64,000 bases of DNA, taken from positions 3,264,001 through 3,328,000 of the forward strand of contig CAVTTN010000002.1 in NCBI GenBank assembly GCA_963737655.1, given 5' to 3'. The position numbers were made by a program, and so were the translations under genes. This stretch comes from an uncultured Planctomycetota bacterium. Lineage in GTDB: Bacteria; Planctomycetota; Planctomycetia; Isosphaerales; Isosphaeraceae. Positions 20,029 to 31,746 of the stretch are shown here, piece by piece. The notes below the pieces were generated by a model that worked only from the letters and a program-made list of their open reading frames with translations, ran no database searches and was not told where the DNA came from. Positions within the stretch are counted from its first letter, which is position 1; each line of letters opens with the position of its first letter.

Positions 20029-21822
20029 ATGCGATGGATCGCGGCCGGAACCGTCGTGCTCGCGGCGACGACGGGGCTCGTCATCGAGGCCCGGGGCCAG
20101 AACAGACCGTCTTCCCGAGATCGCCCGATCGAAGCCGGGAGCTCGACAACCAGGGCCGAAGGGGAAGCCCCGCTATCGCCCGAGGCGTCGTCCGCGAGGC
20201 TGGCGACCCTCGAACGGCTCCATGCGCTGGGGGATCCCGCCGATGCCGCCCGCGACAAGCCGAAGGACAAGGCGGCCGAGGCCCGCGCGAAGGTCCTCCG
20301 CGAGATCTACCAGGAGAGGCTCCGGTTGATCGTCGAGTGGGACAAGGCGAGCCAGGCGGCCCGGGGGGACGACAGGCCCTCGGCGTCTCCGGAGGCCGAG
20401 TCCGCCGAGCTCAAGGCGACCATCGAATCGGCCAAGGCGGCGCTCGCTCAGGCCGCGAAGAACCCGACGAGTCTCTTGCCCGAAGCCTTCCGGTCGCCCT
20501 CGGCGTCGGTGGCGGAATCGGCCCTGACCGAGATGAATGAGGCGATTCGCCGGGCCCAGGAAACCGTCGAGGACCTGGGAAAGGGTCTCGAATCGCTGAC
20601 CGTCGCCTCGGGCCGCAAGGACTCGCCGACGGTCTCCGCCGCGAAGGCCGAGCGCGAGGACTCGCGGAAGAAGGTGGCCGCCCTCGCCCCTCGCCGGGAC
20701 CAGCTCCAGGCCGCCCTGGCGAAGGCGGCCTCGTTGGAGGCTCGCGAGCTCGCCCGGGAACGGCTCGCGAACCTTGAATGGGAGGGGAAGGTCGAGGCCG
20801 AGAGGCTCCGCCAGGTCGATTCGCGGCTGGAGGTCGAGGGCCGGCGTGCCGCCATGTCCGAGACCCGGATCGAGGCCCAGAAACTCCGGCTGGAACTCGC
20901 CCGGGCCACCCTGGCGGCGCTCCAATCGACCTATAAGACCCGGGTCGATCGCCGAGAGAAAGAGCTGAAGCAGGCCGCCGCCTCCGCGCAGGTCCGCGCC
21001 AACAAGACGGGCGACCCCCTGGAAAAGTACCGGGCCCGCCGCGAGAAGGAGCTGGCCGACCAGCAGGCCCTCGAAACCGAGCGCCGGAGCGAGCTGGCCA
21101 CTCCGGCCCTCTCGCTCCAGGAACAGACGGACAAGGCCGACCGCGCCCTCCACGAGTTCCAGAGGCTCAAGGAGCTCGTCGCCGGAGGGCGATCGGCGGC
21201 GATCGTCGCCCAGAGGCTCAACAACAGCTATCGCCGCCTGGCCTCGGAGCGGGCCGCCCTCCTCCGCAATGAGATGGCCCAGGTTTCCTTGCTCATGGGC
21301 CGCTATGAGAACGAGCTCACCGACGTCGAGCTCGACCAGCTCGACGACGTCCGGGGGGACAGGGCCCTCCGCGAGAACCTCCTGGCGATCCTGCCCGAGT
21401 CCCGGAGGAAGCAGGCCACGGACCTCTTCGAGGACGCCGAGAGGAAGCAGCGGGCCGTCCTGGAGAAGCGCCGGGAAGTCCTGATGGAACTCTCGGCCCG
21501 GACCGAGGAGACCCGTCGCGAGATCGCCCGGAGGCTCCAGATCCTCGACGATCAGCACGCCTTCCTCCGGACCCACCTGTTCTGGATCCGCGACCTTCCG
21601 CCGATCGGCGCGGAAACGATCGACCAGATGAAACGGGAGGGCCGGGACCTCGGGCGGACGGCCCTGGGGATGGCCTCCGAGGCATGGAATCCGTCGGGCT
21701 GGGGCGGAGTCTCGCCGTTATTCGTCCTCTGCGGGATCGGCCTGACGGTCTTGCCCTTCGGGCTCCACCGGGCCCGCAAGGCGCTCCGCTCGCACATGGA
21801 TCGAGCGACCGCGCCGATTTGA
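20029..21822 (+). CDS. Exported long coiled-coil protein, MscK/MscM N-terminal-like, with one C-terminal TM helix
   Basis: N-terminal signal (WIAAGTVVLAATTGLV), heptad-rich Ala/Glu/Arg/Leu helices, HLFWIRD..PI motif as found before the TM region of MscK-type channels. Confidence 0.7.
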   Translation: MRWIAAGTVVLAATTGLVIEARGQNRPSSRDRPIEAGSSTTRAEGEAPLSPEASSARLATLERLHALGDPADAARDKPKDKAAEARAKVLREIYQERLRLIVEWDKASQAARGDDRPSASPEAESAELKATIESAKAALAQAAKNPTSLLPEAFRSPSASVAESALTEMNEAIRRAQETVEDLGKGLESLTVASGRKDSPTVSAAKAEREDSRKKVAALAPRRDQLQAALAKAASLEARELARERLANLEWEGKVEAERLRQVDSRLEVEGRRAAMSETRIEAQKLRLELARATLAALQSTYKTRVDRREKELKQAAASAQVRANKTGDPLEKYRARREKELADQQALETERRSELATPALSLQEQTDKADRALHEFQRLKELVAGGRSAAIVAQRLNNSYRRLASERAALLRNEMAQVSLLMGRYENELTDVELDQLDDVRGDRALRENLLAILPESRRKQATDLFEDAERKQRAVLEKRREVLMELSARTEETRREIARRLQILDDQHAFLRTHLFWIRDLPPIGAETIDQMKREGRDLGRTALGMASEAWNPSGWGGVSPLFVLCGIGLTVLPFGLHRARKALRSHMDRATAPI

Positions 21823-21885
21823 AACGGGTACAGGCCGGGCAATGGGTCGGACGCCGCGGGACGGACCGGGAATCGAGGCCCCTTC

Positions 21886-23706
21886 ATGAGAGCGTTCAAG
21901 AATTTTTCGATCCAGGTTGCGATCTCGGCCCTGTGGCCGTCGTACCTCGCGCTGATGGCCCTGGCGGCGAGGGTCGGACCGTGGAGCCGGGAGCTGGCGA
22001 GGCCGGCGTCGTTCGTCCTCTGGGTCCTCGCGCTGGCCCTGTTCCTGGCCGCGCTGGCGAGGTTCCTGTTCGGTCCTCGGGGGTGGGCCGAGGACACCCT
22101 CAAGGCCCCTCCGCCCGCCGCCCGACAGATCCGCCGCGCGTGCTGGTCGCTGGCGATCGGGATGATCGTGTTCCTCCTGCCGTCGTGGCTCCTGAATCGC
22201 GGGCTGATCGCCCACGGAGACCGTCCGGTCACGGCCCCGGCCGTCTCGCGGTTCCTGGTTCTAGGGTTCGAGGTCCTGATCGGGATCGTCGCCCTCCGAG
22301 TGCTCCGCCCTCGAAGCTCGTTCATGACGTGGATCGGTGGCGGCGAGACCGGCGGCAACGCCCTGGGCCGGCATCGCCGGGTCGCGGCGCTGCTGGTCCT
22401 CGTCCTGATCGGCGCGATCATCACGCTCGACTCCCTCGGCTACTCCTACACCGCCCGAAGGGTCTCCACGGCGATCCTCCAGGCGGTCGGATTGGCGTCG
22501 GCGTGCTGGCTGCTCCATCGACTGATCGTCCGCGCGATCGACGGCCACGCCTGGCGATGGATGAAGCCCGGGGCCTCGGGCGGAGGCGCGGTCGCCCCGG
22601 GCGATCACGTCTCGGCCGACGACACGGCCGGCCGCCTGAAGAGGCTCTCCGCCTGGGTGATTCCGCTCCTGGGACTGGGGATCGGCGCCTGGTACTGGAA
22701 TTTCGATGGCGCCCTGGTCCGCGCCCTGGCCGATCGCTCGATCGTCCCGGGATCGGCCTACGCCCTGACCGTGGGCGACGCCTTCAAGGCCGTCGTGATC
22801 TTCACGCTGACCGGAGTGGCCTGGCGGCACCTCGGCGCGTTCTTCTCTCTGGTGGTCTTCCCGAGGATGGCCGACGACCCGGGCATCCGATTCGCGGTGC
22901 TCACCCTCTGCCGATACCTCGTCCTTGGGGCGGGGCTGATCCTGGGGATGACGGCCCTGCACTTCGGGCTGGACCGGATCGGCGTCGGCCTGGCCGCCCT
23001 GGGCGTCGGCCTGGGATTCGGGCTCCAGGAGATCGTCTCGAACTTCGTCAGCGGGATCATCTTGTTGCTGGAACGGCCGATCCGGGTGGGTGACATCGTC
23101 ACCGTCGCCGGGATGAGCGGCAAGGTCGAGCGGATCAACATCCGGGCCACCACGATCATCAACGCCGACAACCAGAGCCTGATCGTCCCCAATCGCGAGT
23201 TCATCACGGCAAACCTGGTGAACTGGACCCACAAGGACCGGGTGCTCCGCATCTCGATCCCCGTGGGCGTGGGCTACGGGAGCGACCCGGACAACGTGGC
23301 CGAGCTCCTCCTGGCGATCGCCCGGGCCGATGCGGACGTCCTCCGCAACCCGGTGCCGACGGCGATCATGGAAGGGTTCGGCGACTCGGCGCTGAACTTC
23401 ACGCTCCACGCCCACGTGCCCGACCCCAGCCTCGCCGGGAGGGTCAAGCACCGGTTGTGCGCCGAGATTCAGAGACGCTTCAAGGCGCAGGGGATCTCGA
23501 TCCCGATGCCGTCGCGAGAGATTCTCGTCAAGTCGGCCGGTCACGATCACGATCACAATCACGAGCAAGCCGCGGGAGGCCGTCAACTGGGGCCGTTCTG
23601 GAGAGCGGACGGCCCGGCGACGGTTCCCCCACCGCCAACGCCGTCGAGATGCCCGGTCTGCTTCCCAGAGCCGGCGGAGCCGTTGCATCGGGGCGTCGAT
23701 GAGTGA
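21886..23706 (+). CDS. MscS-family mechanosensitive channel (MscK-like TM region and core)
   Basis: Multiple TM helices then ALGVGLGFGLQEIVSNFVSGIILLLERPIRVGD, RATTI, IVPN, VNWT, VGVGYGSD, FGDSAL. Confidence 0.92.
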   Translation: MRAFKNFSIQVAISALWPSYLALMALAARVGPWSRELARPASFVLWVLALALFLAALARFLFGPRGWAEDTLKAPPPAARQIRRACWSLAIGMIVFLLPSWLLNRGLIAHGDRPVTAPAVSRFLVLGFEVLIGIVALRVLRPRSSFMTWIGGGETGGNALGRHRRVAALLVLVLIGAIITLDSLGYSYTARRVSTAILQAVGLASACWLLHRLIVRAIDGHAWRWMKPGASGGGAVAPGDHVSADDTAGRLKRLSAWVIPLLGLGIGAWYWNFDGALVRALADRSIVPGSAYALTVGDAFKAVVIFTLTGVAWRHLGAFFSLVVFPRMADDPGIRFAVLTLCRYLVLGAGLILGMTALHFGLDRIGVGLAALGVGLGFGLQEIVSNFVSGIILLLERPIRVGDIVTVAGMSGKVERINIRATTIINADNQSLIVPNREFITANLVNWTHKDRVLRISIPVGVGYGSDPDNVAELLLAIARADADVLRNPVPTAIMEGFGDSALNFTLHAHVPDPSLAGRVKHRLCAEIQRRFKAQGISIPMPSREILVKSAGHDHDHNHEQAAGGRQLGPFWRADGPATVPPPPTPSRCPVCFPEPAEPLHRGVDE

Positions 23707-23783
23707 AAAAGCTGACGACAGGAGCGTGGGCATCCGGCTCAGTCAGAACCGGACTTCAGGGGATCGCTCTCGGATCGCGTCTC

Positions 23784-23842
23784 CGTAAGGCAGGCCTTGG
23801 GCTGCCGTCGCCACGAATCGGCAGGCCAAGGCCTGCCCTACG
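23784..23842. repeat. REPIN-like doublet of GTAG REP elements (family B)
   Basis: Right arm on the minus strand reads GTAG-GGCAGGCC-TT-GGCCTGCC; the left arm 23784-23807 matches at 22/24; 11-nt spacer; between convergent genes. Confidence 0.8.
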
Positions 23843-23924
23843 AAGTGCCGTCGTGCTCGATCCGTGAGTGTTCCGCAGCAGGTTGGCGGGTCGTCGCCCT
23901 GACGTCCGTACCCGGACCAGGCGG

Positions 23925-25550
23925 TCATTTCCCCTCTGCGGCGGCCTTCGGTGGGGTCGGCGAGGTTGGGGTCTCGGCGTCGGCGTAGAAGACCTCGCAG
24001 AGCTTGCCGAGGAGGCGCCCGGCCTCGGCGGTGGCTTCGGTCACGTCGTTGTCGGGCGTGGCTAGCGGGACGTTGTTCACGAAGAAGGCGAAGGCGAGGT
24101 TCTTGCCCGAGGCCGTCTCCATGTAGCCGGCCAGGGCCTTGCTCGTGAGGATGGCCCGGCCGTTCAGGCCGTTGCCCACCCAGTACGTACCCGTCTTGGC
24201 GCGGACGTGCCCTTTCGCCGGGCTATCGGTCGGGACGGCCGTCGCCAGTGTTCCGTCTCGACCCAGGATGGGCAACGCCGCTTCATAGGCCGGGAAGCCG
24301 GGTCGGGTGGTCATGGAGCGAAGCAGGGCGACCGTCGCCCTCGGCGTGACGAGGTCCGCCCTCGCGCCTCCGGCCCCTCCTCCGAAGGCGATCGTGGAGG
24401 TATCGACGCCCAGCTCCTGAAGCAGCGTCCCTTCGCGGCGGAGGCCATCGGCCAGCGTCTTCTCGCCGTGGTGGGCCGCCACGAGCAGGGGGAGCGTGCT
24501 GGCGTGAAGGTTCTGGCTGACCTTGAGGATCACCTTGATGTATTCCGAGAACGGCGGCGAGGTGTATTCGGCCACCTTCGCGAGCTTCGCGACCTCCGAC
24601 GGCATCGGCAGGTCGCCGCTCGGGTTGTCGGCCAGGGGAGACGCCGAGACCTTGATCCCCTGTCCTCGAAGGCTCTCCAGGAACATGGTCCGGGCGAATG
24701 AGGCCGGATCTTGCACCTCGTAAATCTTGACCGCCGGCTTGTGCCCGACGGGCAGCTTGCCGCGGACCGAGAACCGCCGAGGGGCCTGCGAGATCACGTC
24801 CAGGGAGGGCGCGACGCCTTCGGGAACGGTCTCCACCGAGGTCTCGAACGTGGCGAAGGCGGTCTCGGGGACGATCGCCACGGTCGCCGGCTCGCCGGCC
24901 CTGGCCGCCGGGGTCACCCGGACGTCGATCACGTTGTCGTTGACCACCATCGGCGAGACGCGAGAGGGCCCGCTGCCGGTGCTGGGGGCGGACTCGAACA
25001 GGCGGTCATCGACGATCACCTCGCCCGTCACCCGCTTGATCCCGGCGTCCTTGATCTCCCGGGCCAGGTAGTCGAGCCCTCCTCGGGGATTGGCCGGGAC
25101 GAGCGTGGCCTTGAAACTCCCTCCGGCGTAGGAGTGGTCGTTGTCCTCGAAAAGCAGGGTGCCCTCGGGGCCGGTCCGGCCTCCCAGGCTGAGGTCTCCC
25201 GAGGCCACCAGGATCAGGTCGCCCGAGAGGGTCCCGTCCGCCGAGACGTCTCCCCGGCGAACCACCCGGGTCTTGAAGCGATAATCCGGGCCAAGATCGG
25301 TCAGGGCCGAGGCGCAGCTGAAGAGCTTCGTGACCGACGCCGGGCAGAACATCCGGTCGGCGTTCTTCTCGAAGACGACCTTTCCGGTCTTGACCTCGAC
25401 GACCAGCACGCCCCATGCGCCCTGGGAATACGTGGGCGTCTTCAGGACCGCTTCGACCCGGGCCTCCAGAGGTTCGGCCGATCGCGAGGACCGGGCGGCC
25501 AGGAGGCAGAGGATCGGGATTGCCAGGGAAGCGGCCCGTCGTCGGATCAT
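23925..25550 (-). CDS. dacB: D-alanyl-D-alanine carboxypeptidase/endopeptidase (PBP4, peptidase S13)
   Basis: PASVTK (SxxK), SQN (SxN), AKTGT (KTG), GDLILVASGD; signal peptide. Confidence 0.92.
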   Translation of the reverse strand: MIRRRAASLAIPILCLLAARSSRSAEPLEARVEAVLKTPTYSQGAWGVLVVEVKTGKVVFEKNADRMFCPASVTKLFSCASALTDLGPDYRFKTRVVRRGDVSADGTLSGDLILVASGDLSLGGRTGPEGTLLFEDNDHSYAGGSFKATLVPANPRGGLDYLAREIKDAGIKRVTGEVIVDDRLFESAPSTGSGPSRVSPMVVNDNVIDVRVTPAARAGEPATVAIVPETAFATFETSVETVPEGVAPSLDVISQAPRRFSVRGKLPVGHKPAVKIYEVQDPASFARTMFLESLRGQGIKVSASPLADNPSGDLPMPSEVAKLAKVAEYTSPPFSEYIKVILKVSQNLHASTLPLLVAAHHGEKTLADGLRREGTLLQELGVDTSTIAFGGGAGGARADLVTPRATVALLRSMTTRPGFPAYEAALPILGRDGTLATAVPTDSPAKGHVRAKTGTYWVGNGLNGRAILTSKALAGYMETASGKNLAFAFFVNNVPLATPDNDVTEATAEAGRLLGKLCEVFYADAETPTSPTPPKAAAEGK

Positions 25551-25647
25551 CACTCGCAGCCTCCGAAGGAACGGCCCGCCTCGGGCCTCGACGCCGACAT
25601 CATAACCGACGATCCTCCCGACCTGTAGGGTCCTCGGCACCGAGGCT

Positions 25648-25677
25648 TTGAAGCCGGGGGGATCGGTCTGCTAGAGT
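25648..25677 (+). promoter_or_regulatory. Possible sigma70 promoter for the MutS-like gene
   Basis: TTGAAG-18 nt-TAGAGT with a TG extension. Confidence 0.4.
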
Positions 25678-25730
25678 GCTCGTTCACGCCTGTCCCGAGA
25701 CCCTCTTCCCGCGATGAGGCATTCAGTCCG

Positions 25731-27521
<1,791 letters not shown>

Positions 27522-27686
27522 CGGGCCTCCGCTCTCCAATTATGGCCCAGATTGGCATCCCGGAGACCGCCCCTCCGCGCCGGGCCCTCGTGGCCTCTCC
27601 TCGGCTCGGGACTTGCGGGGAGCCTCGGCGGCCCTGGCCTCGCCTCGCGTCCATACGATCCGTTTGCCCGACGGGACTTCCGACCC

Positions 27687-28361
27687 ATGCCCGCCCGCAA
27701 CGAAGACCTCCACGGCAACGCGCCCGACAAGTCGCCCGTGGTCCTTCTTCTGATCGACTGGATCAATTCGTTGGATTTCCCCGAGGGCCGGAGCCTCCTG
27801 GAACAGGCCCTCCCGGCCGCCGATCGGGCCGCCGAGCTCCGGCGAAAGGCCCGGGAGGCGCGCGTTCCGACGATTTATGTCAACGACAACTTCGGCCGCT
27901 GGCGGTCAGACTTCCGCTCCCAGGTCGATCATTGCCTGAAGGACGGCTGCCTCGGCCGCCCCCTGGTCGAGAAGCTGGCCCCGGGCCCCGACGATTATTT
28001 CGTCTTGAAGCCGAAACATTCGGGATTTTTCTCGACGACTCTGGATCTCCTGCTCGAATACCTGGGCGCCAGGACCCTCGTCCTCTCCGGGATTGCCGGG
28101 AATATCTGCGTCCTGTTCACGGCCAATGATGCCTATCTTCGCGATTTCGACCTCTGCGTTCCGAGCGACGCGACCGCCTCGAACCGAGCCGAGGACAATG
28201 CCCATGCCATCGGCCAGATGGCGAAGATCCTCAAGGCCGATACCTCACCGACCGCCGACCTGGATTTCCTCGACCTGAAGGATAGAACAGCCCGGAGAGG
28301 CGGCCCGCCGAGACCCCGGGACGAGGATCTTGGGGCCGGGCCGTCGCGGACCCAGGCCTAG
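27687..28361 (+). CDS. Isochorismatase-family cysteine hydrolase
   Basis: LLLID.IN, IYVNDNFG.W, KPKHSGF, GIAGNICVLFTANDAY. Confidence 0.9.
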   Translation: MPARNEDLHGNAPDKSPVVLLLIDWINSLDFPEGRSLLEQALPAADRAAELRRKAREARVPTIYVNDNFGRWRSDFRSQVDHCLKDGCLGRPLVEKLAPGPDDYFVLKPKHSGFFSTTLDLLLEYLGARTLVLSGIAGNICVLFTANDAYLRDFDLCVPSDATASNRAEDNAHAIGQMAKILKADTSPTADLDFLDLKDRTARRGGPPRPRDEDLGAGPSRTQA

Positions 28362-28371
28362 GGGGCCGGCG

Positions 28372-28866
28372 ATGCCAGGTCGTCGAATCGAGCCGAAACC
28401 GGGGCAGGAATCGGTCTGGGACTATCCGAGGCCGCCATCACTCGTGCCGTCTCCGGCGGAAGTCCGGGTTGAGTTCGGGGGGCAGGTGGTGGCCGAGACT
28501 CGAAAGGCGTTTCGAGTCCTGGAGACGAGCCATCCGCCGGTCTTCTATCTACCGCCGGAAGACGTGAGGGACGAGTTCGTGGTCCGATCGGCTCGCTCGT
28601 CGTTCTGCGAGTTCAAGGGCCGGGCGTTGTACTTCGACCTGCTCGTCGGAGATCGGCGATCGAAGGACGTAGGGTGGTTCTATCCGTCGCCGACCCGCGA
28701 ATTCGCCCCCATCGCCGGCTTCCTGGCCTTTTATCCCGGCCGGGTCGATGCGTGTTTCGTCGATGGCGAGCGGGTCCAGGCCCAGGAGGGGGATTTTTAC
28801 GGAGGCTGGATCACGGGGGCGATCGTCGGGCCGTTCAAGGGAGGCCCGGGGACGCGGGGATGGTAG
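28372..28866 (+). CDS. DUF427 domain protein
   Basis: QESVWDYPRPP, RVLETSHPP.FYLP, SFCEFKG.A, QEGDFYGGWIT. Confidence 0.9.
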   Translation: MPGRRIEPKPGQESVWDYPRPPSLVPSPAEVRVEFGGQVVAETRKAFRVLETSHPPVFYLPPEDVRDEFVVRSARSSFCEFKGRALYFDLLVGDRRSKDVGWFYPSPTREFAPIAGFLAFYPGRVDACFVDGERVQAQEGDFYGGWITGAIVGPFKGGPGTRGW

Positions 28867-28897
28867 GGGCCGGCTCGGCTCTTGGGCCGGGAAACGA

Positions 28898-28935
28898 CGC
28901 GACCCGCCCCGACCATGAAGTCGGGGCGGGTCGCG
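28898..28935. terminator. Bidirectional terminator-like hairpin between convergent genes
   Basis: CGCGACCCGCCCCGAC-CATGAA-GTCGGGGCGGGTCGCG: perfect 16-bp stem. Confidence 0.65.
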
Positions 28936-28963
28936 AGGATCGTTCAGGACTCCGAAGCGGGCG

Positions 28964-30259
28964 TCAGCTCGTCCGTTGGGCCGAGTTCTGACGGCGGCGG
29001 AGGCCGTTGTTCATCGGGACGCTATTGCCTCGCCGGGGCGGGGCCATCCGTCGGCCTCGACCGAACCCGGGGCGACCTCCGGGCTTGCGACCCGGTGCGA
29101 CGGGACGGGGGAACGTCGGTACGTTCTCGACCTCGTCGCGGTCGATCTGCCGGGAGATGGCCTTCTCGATCTGGTCGAGTAGCTTCCCCTGGTCGGCCAG
29201 GACGAACGTGATCGCCGCTCCGTCGTTGCCCATCCGGCCGGTCCGGCCGATCCGGTGGACGTAGTGCTCGGGGTCTTCGGGGATGTCGAAATTGACGACG
29301 TGGGAGATGCCGGGGACGTCAATCCCTCGGCCCACGACGTCGGTGGCCACCAGGATGTTCAATCTCCCGGCGCGGAACGCGTGAAGGACGCGGTTCCTCT
29401 GGCTCTGCGAGAGGTCGCCGTGCATGGCCTCGGCCTTGAAGCCGTCGGCCCGGAGGAGGTTGCCCACCTTGTCGGCGCCGTGCTTGGTCCGGCAGAAGAC
29501 GATGGCCCGCTCCGGGGTCTCTCGCTGGAGGAGCTCGTAGAGCAGCTCCAGCTTCCTCTCCGGGTTGACCATGATGTACGCCTGGCGGATCGCCGGGATC
29601 GTGGCGTCCTGGTCCTCCCGGATCAGGCGGACGTCGGCCGGGTCCTTCAGGTAGCGACGGGTCAGGTCGCGGACTTCTTTCGGCATGGTGGCCGAGAGCA
29701 GGAGCGTCTGACGGGGCTCGGGGCAGGCTTCCAGGATCGCCTCGACGGCCGGTCGGAACCCGATGTCGAGCATCTGGTCGGCCTCGTCCAGGACCACGGT
29801 CGAGACCCGGTCGAGCCGGATCGCGTCGCGGTCCATGAGGTCCATCAGCCGCCCCGGGGTGGCGATCACGATCTGGGTGCCGCCCTGCAGGAGCTTGATC
29901 TGGCGGAAGATGGACTCGCCGCCCACGACGGCCGCGGCGCGGATGCGCCGGCCTCGCGACAGCTTCTCGAATTCCCGGCCGATCTGGTGGGCCAGCTCGC
30001 GGGTCGGCACGAGGATCAGGGCCTGGGCGAACCGGCCTTTCTCGTCGATTTTTTCGATGATCGGCAGCAAGAACGCGGCGGTCTTGCCCGTCCCGGTCGG
30101 CGCGTTGCCCAGGCAATCACGCCCGGCCAGCGCAGGGGGGACGAGCTGGGCCTGGACGGGGCTCGGCTCGTTGAAGCCGGAGGCCGCCAGGGCCGCGAGG
30201 GTCACTTCGCTCAATCCGAGGCCGGCGAACCCGGCCTCCTCAATGGTCGTCTCCAACAC
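28964..30259 (-). CDS. DEAD-box ATP-dependent RNA helicase
   Basis: Q motif, TGTGKT, PTRELA, TPGRL, DEAD, SAT, HRIGRTGR; basic RG-rich tail. Confidence 0.95.
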   Translation of the reverse strand: MLETTIEEAGFAGLGLSEVTLAALAASGFNEPSPVQAQLVPPALAGRDCLGNAPTGTGKTAAFLLPIIEKIDEKGRFAQALILVPTRELAHQIGREFEKLSRGRRIRAAAVVGGESIFRQIKLLQGGTQIVIATPGRLMDLMDRDAIRLDRVSTVVLDEADQMLDIGFRPAVEAILEACPEPRQTLLLSATMPKEVRDLTRRYLKDPADVRLIREDQDATIPAIRQAYIMVNPERKLELLYELLQRETPERAIVFCRTKHGADKVGNLLRADGFKAEAMHGDLSQSQRNRVLHAFRAGRLNILVATDVVGRGIDVPGISHVVNFDIPEDPEHYVHRIGRTGRMGNDGAAITFVLADQGKLLDQIEKAISRQIDRDEVENVPTFPRPVAPGRKPGGRPGFGRGRRMAPPRRGNSVPMNNGLRRRQNSAQRTS

Positions 30260-30492
30260 AAAACTCCTTCACACCCCGACTTGTGGCGATGCGGAGGCGA
30301 CGCGAACGGTCGCCCCACGTCTTAAAACGCGGAGTCCAGGCTGGCCGGGTCGCGCCACAACAAACCGGGGACCTCGTCCGGCAAAACCGGACGAGGAGGG
30401 AGGAGGCTAGCGCGGGAGGCCAACGGGCGGAGGCTCGCGAGAGGGAATGCCCCAAGCCGGCGGGGTCGAACGGGGATTTCTTCAGCCGCAAC

Positions 30493-30521
30493 AGTGTATC
30501 ATCCCGGTCAAGGATTGCGAA
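30493..30521 (-). promoter_or_regulatory. Sigma70-type promoter for the DEAD-box helicase
   Basis: Minus strand TTCGCA-17 nt-TACACT, about 230 nt upstream of the start. Confidence 0.5.
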
Positions 30522-30604
30522 CCCCCAATCGTGCGGGGATTCCCCGGGTTCGCGCGACTTGACGATCCTACGCATTGCGACGGCCCAAGGTTCGAAAACA
30601 CCCG

Positions 30605-31746
30605 ATGCAATTGGTGATCGACGGCCGGAGACTGGTCGCCAAACGAACCGGGGTCGGCCGCTATCTCGAAATCCTCCTGGACGTCTGGTCACGTACCGGC
30701 TGGCCGACCGATGCGACCCGGGTCGTCCTCGCCGATCCGGCCGGTCTTCGGAGGATACCTTCGGGGCTTCGCGCGGACGTCCTGATGGCGGGCGCTCCCG
30801 GACTGATCTGGGAAACGTTCGGTCTCGGCCGGGTTCTCCGCGAGGGCGACGTGCTCTTCGCGCCGGCCAACCTCATCCCGATCTCCTGGCGAGGTCCCAC
30901 GGTCCTCGTCCTCCACGACGTCCTGATCGAAGCTCGGCCCGGCGATTTTTCGAGGTGGACGCGCTCAATTACGCCCCTCGCTACCGATGGGCGGCGAAGA
31001 GGGCCTCGAGAATCCTCGTGCCGTCCTCCGCCACGGCCCGCGACGTCGTTTCTGCATACGGGATCGAGCCGGCAAAGATTCAGGTCGTCCCCCTCGCGCC
31101 TGCCCCCACATTTCTGGACCGATCGGGGCTGCCGGATGAGCTGGCCCGGCTCCGGGCCGAGGTGCCCTCGATCGCGGATCGACCGTTCTTTCTGTTCGTG
31201 GGGAAGACTTCAAGACGGAGGCACGTCCAGGAAATCCTGGAGGCTCGCCGCCGATTGTCGGGGTTTCAGGTTTCGCTGGTTTTCGTGGGGCCGGATGCCG
31301 CGATGCCGGCCGAGCCTGGCGTGGAAGTCCTGGGCCACGTGGCGGAGGGACGATTGCAGGCTCTCTACGCCTCCGCGGCCGCTCTTCTTTATCCGAGCGA
31401 ACAGGAAGGGTTCGGCCTGCCGGTCGTCGAGGCGATGGCGATGGGTTGCCCGGTGATCGCCCTCAGGCGAGACGCCCTGGTCGAGGTCGGCGGCGACGCC
31501 CCCATCTACCTGGAAGAGGCCAAGGCCGAATCGATCGCCCTGGCCATGGCCTCGATCCTCGCCGACGCGGCCCTCCGAGCGCGATGCCGGGAGCTCGGCC
31601 TGGCGCAAGCCTCGAAATTCCGGCCCGAAGCCTTCGCCGCCAGGGTCCGAGACGAGATTCGCACCTTGTTGGTTACATGCACGGCAGCACCAGGCGGCGG
31701 CCATGGACCGCTTACCGATTCCTCGGGGTCGATTCCGGCGCCGTGA
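30605..31746 (+). CDS. Glycosyltransferase family 4 (one apparent -1 frameshift near 30965)
   Basis: MQLVIDGRRL..KRTGVGRY and VLHD in one frame; LNYAPRYRW...FLFVG, YPSEQEGFGLPVVEAMAMGCPVI in the next. Confidence 0.85.

Noticed and set aside
21820..21885. Selenocysteine recoding of the in-frame TGA
   Set aside because: The position is in a linker rather than a redox motif, and no convincing bacterial SECIS hairpin follows
23925..25550. Peptidoglycan enzyme in a planctomycete as a novelty
   Set aside because: Peptidoglycan in Planctomycetota is already established
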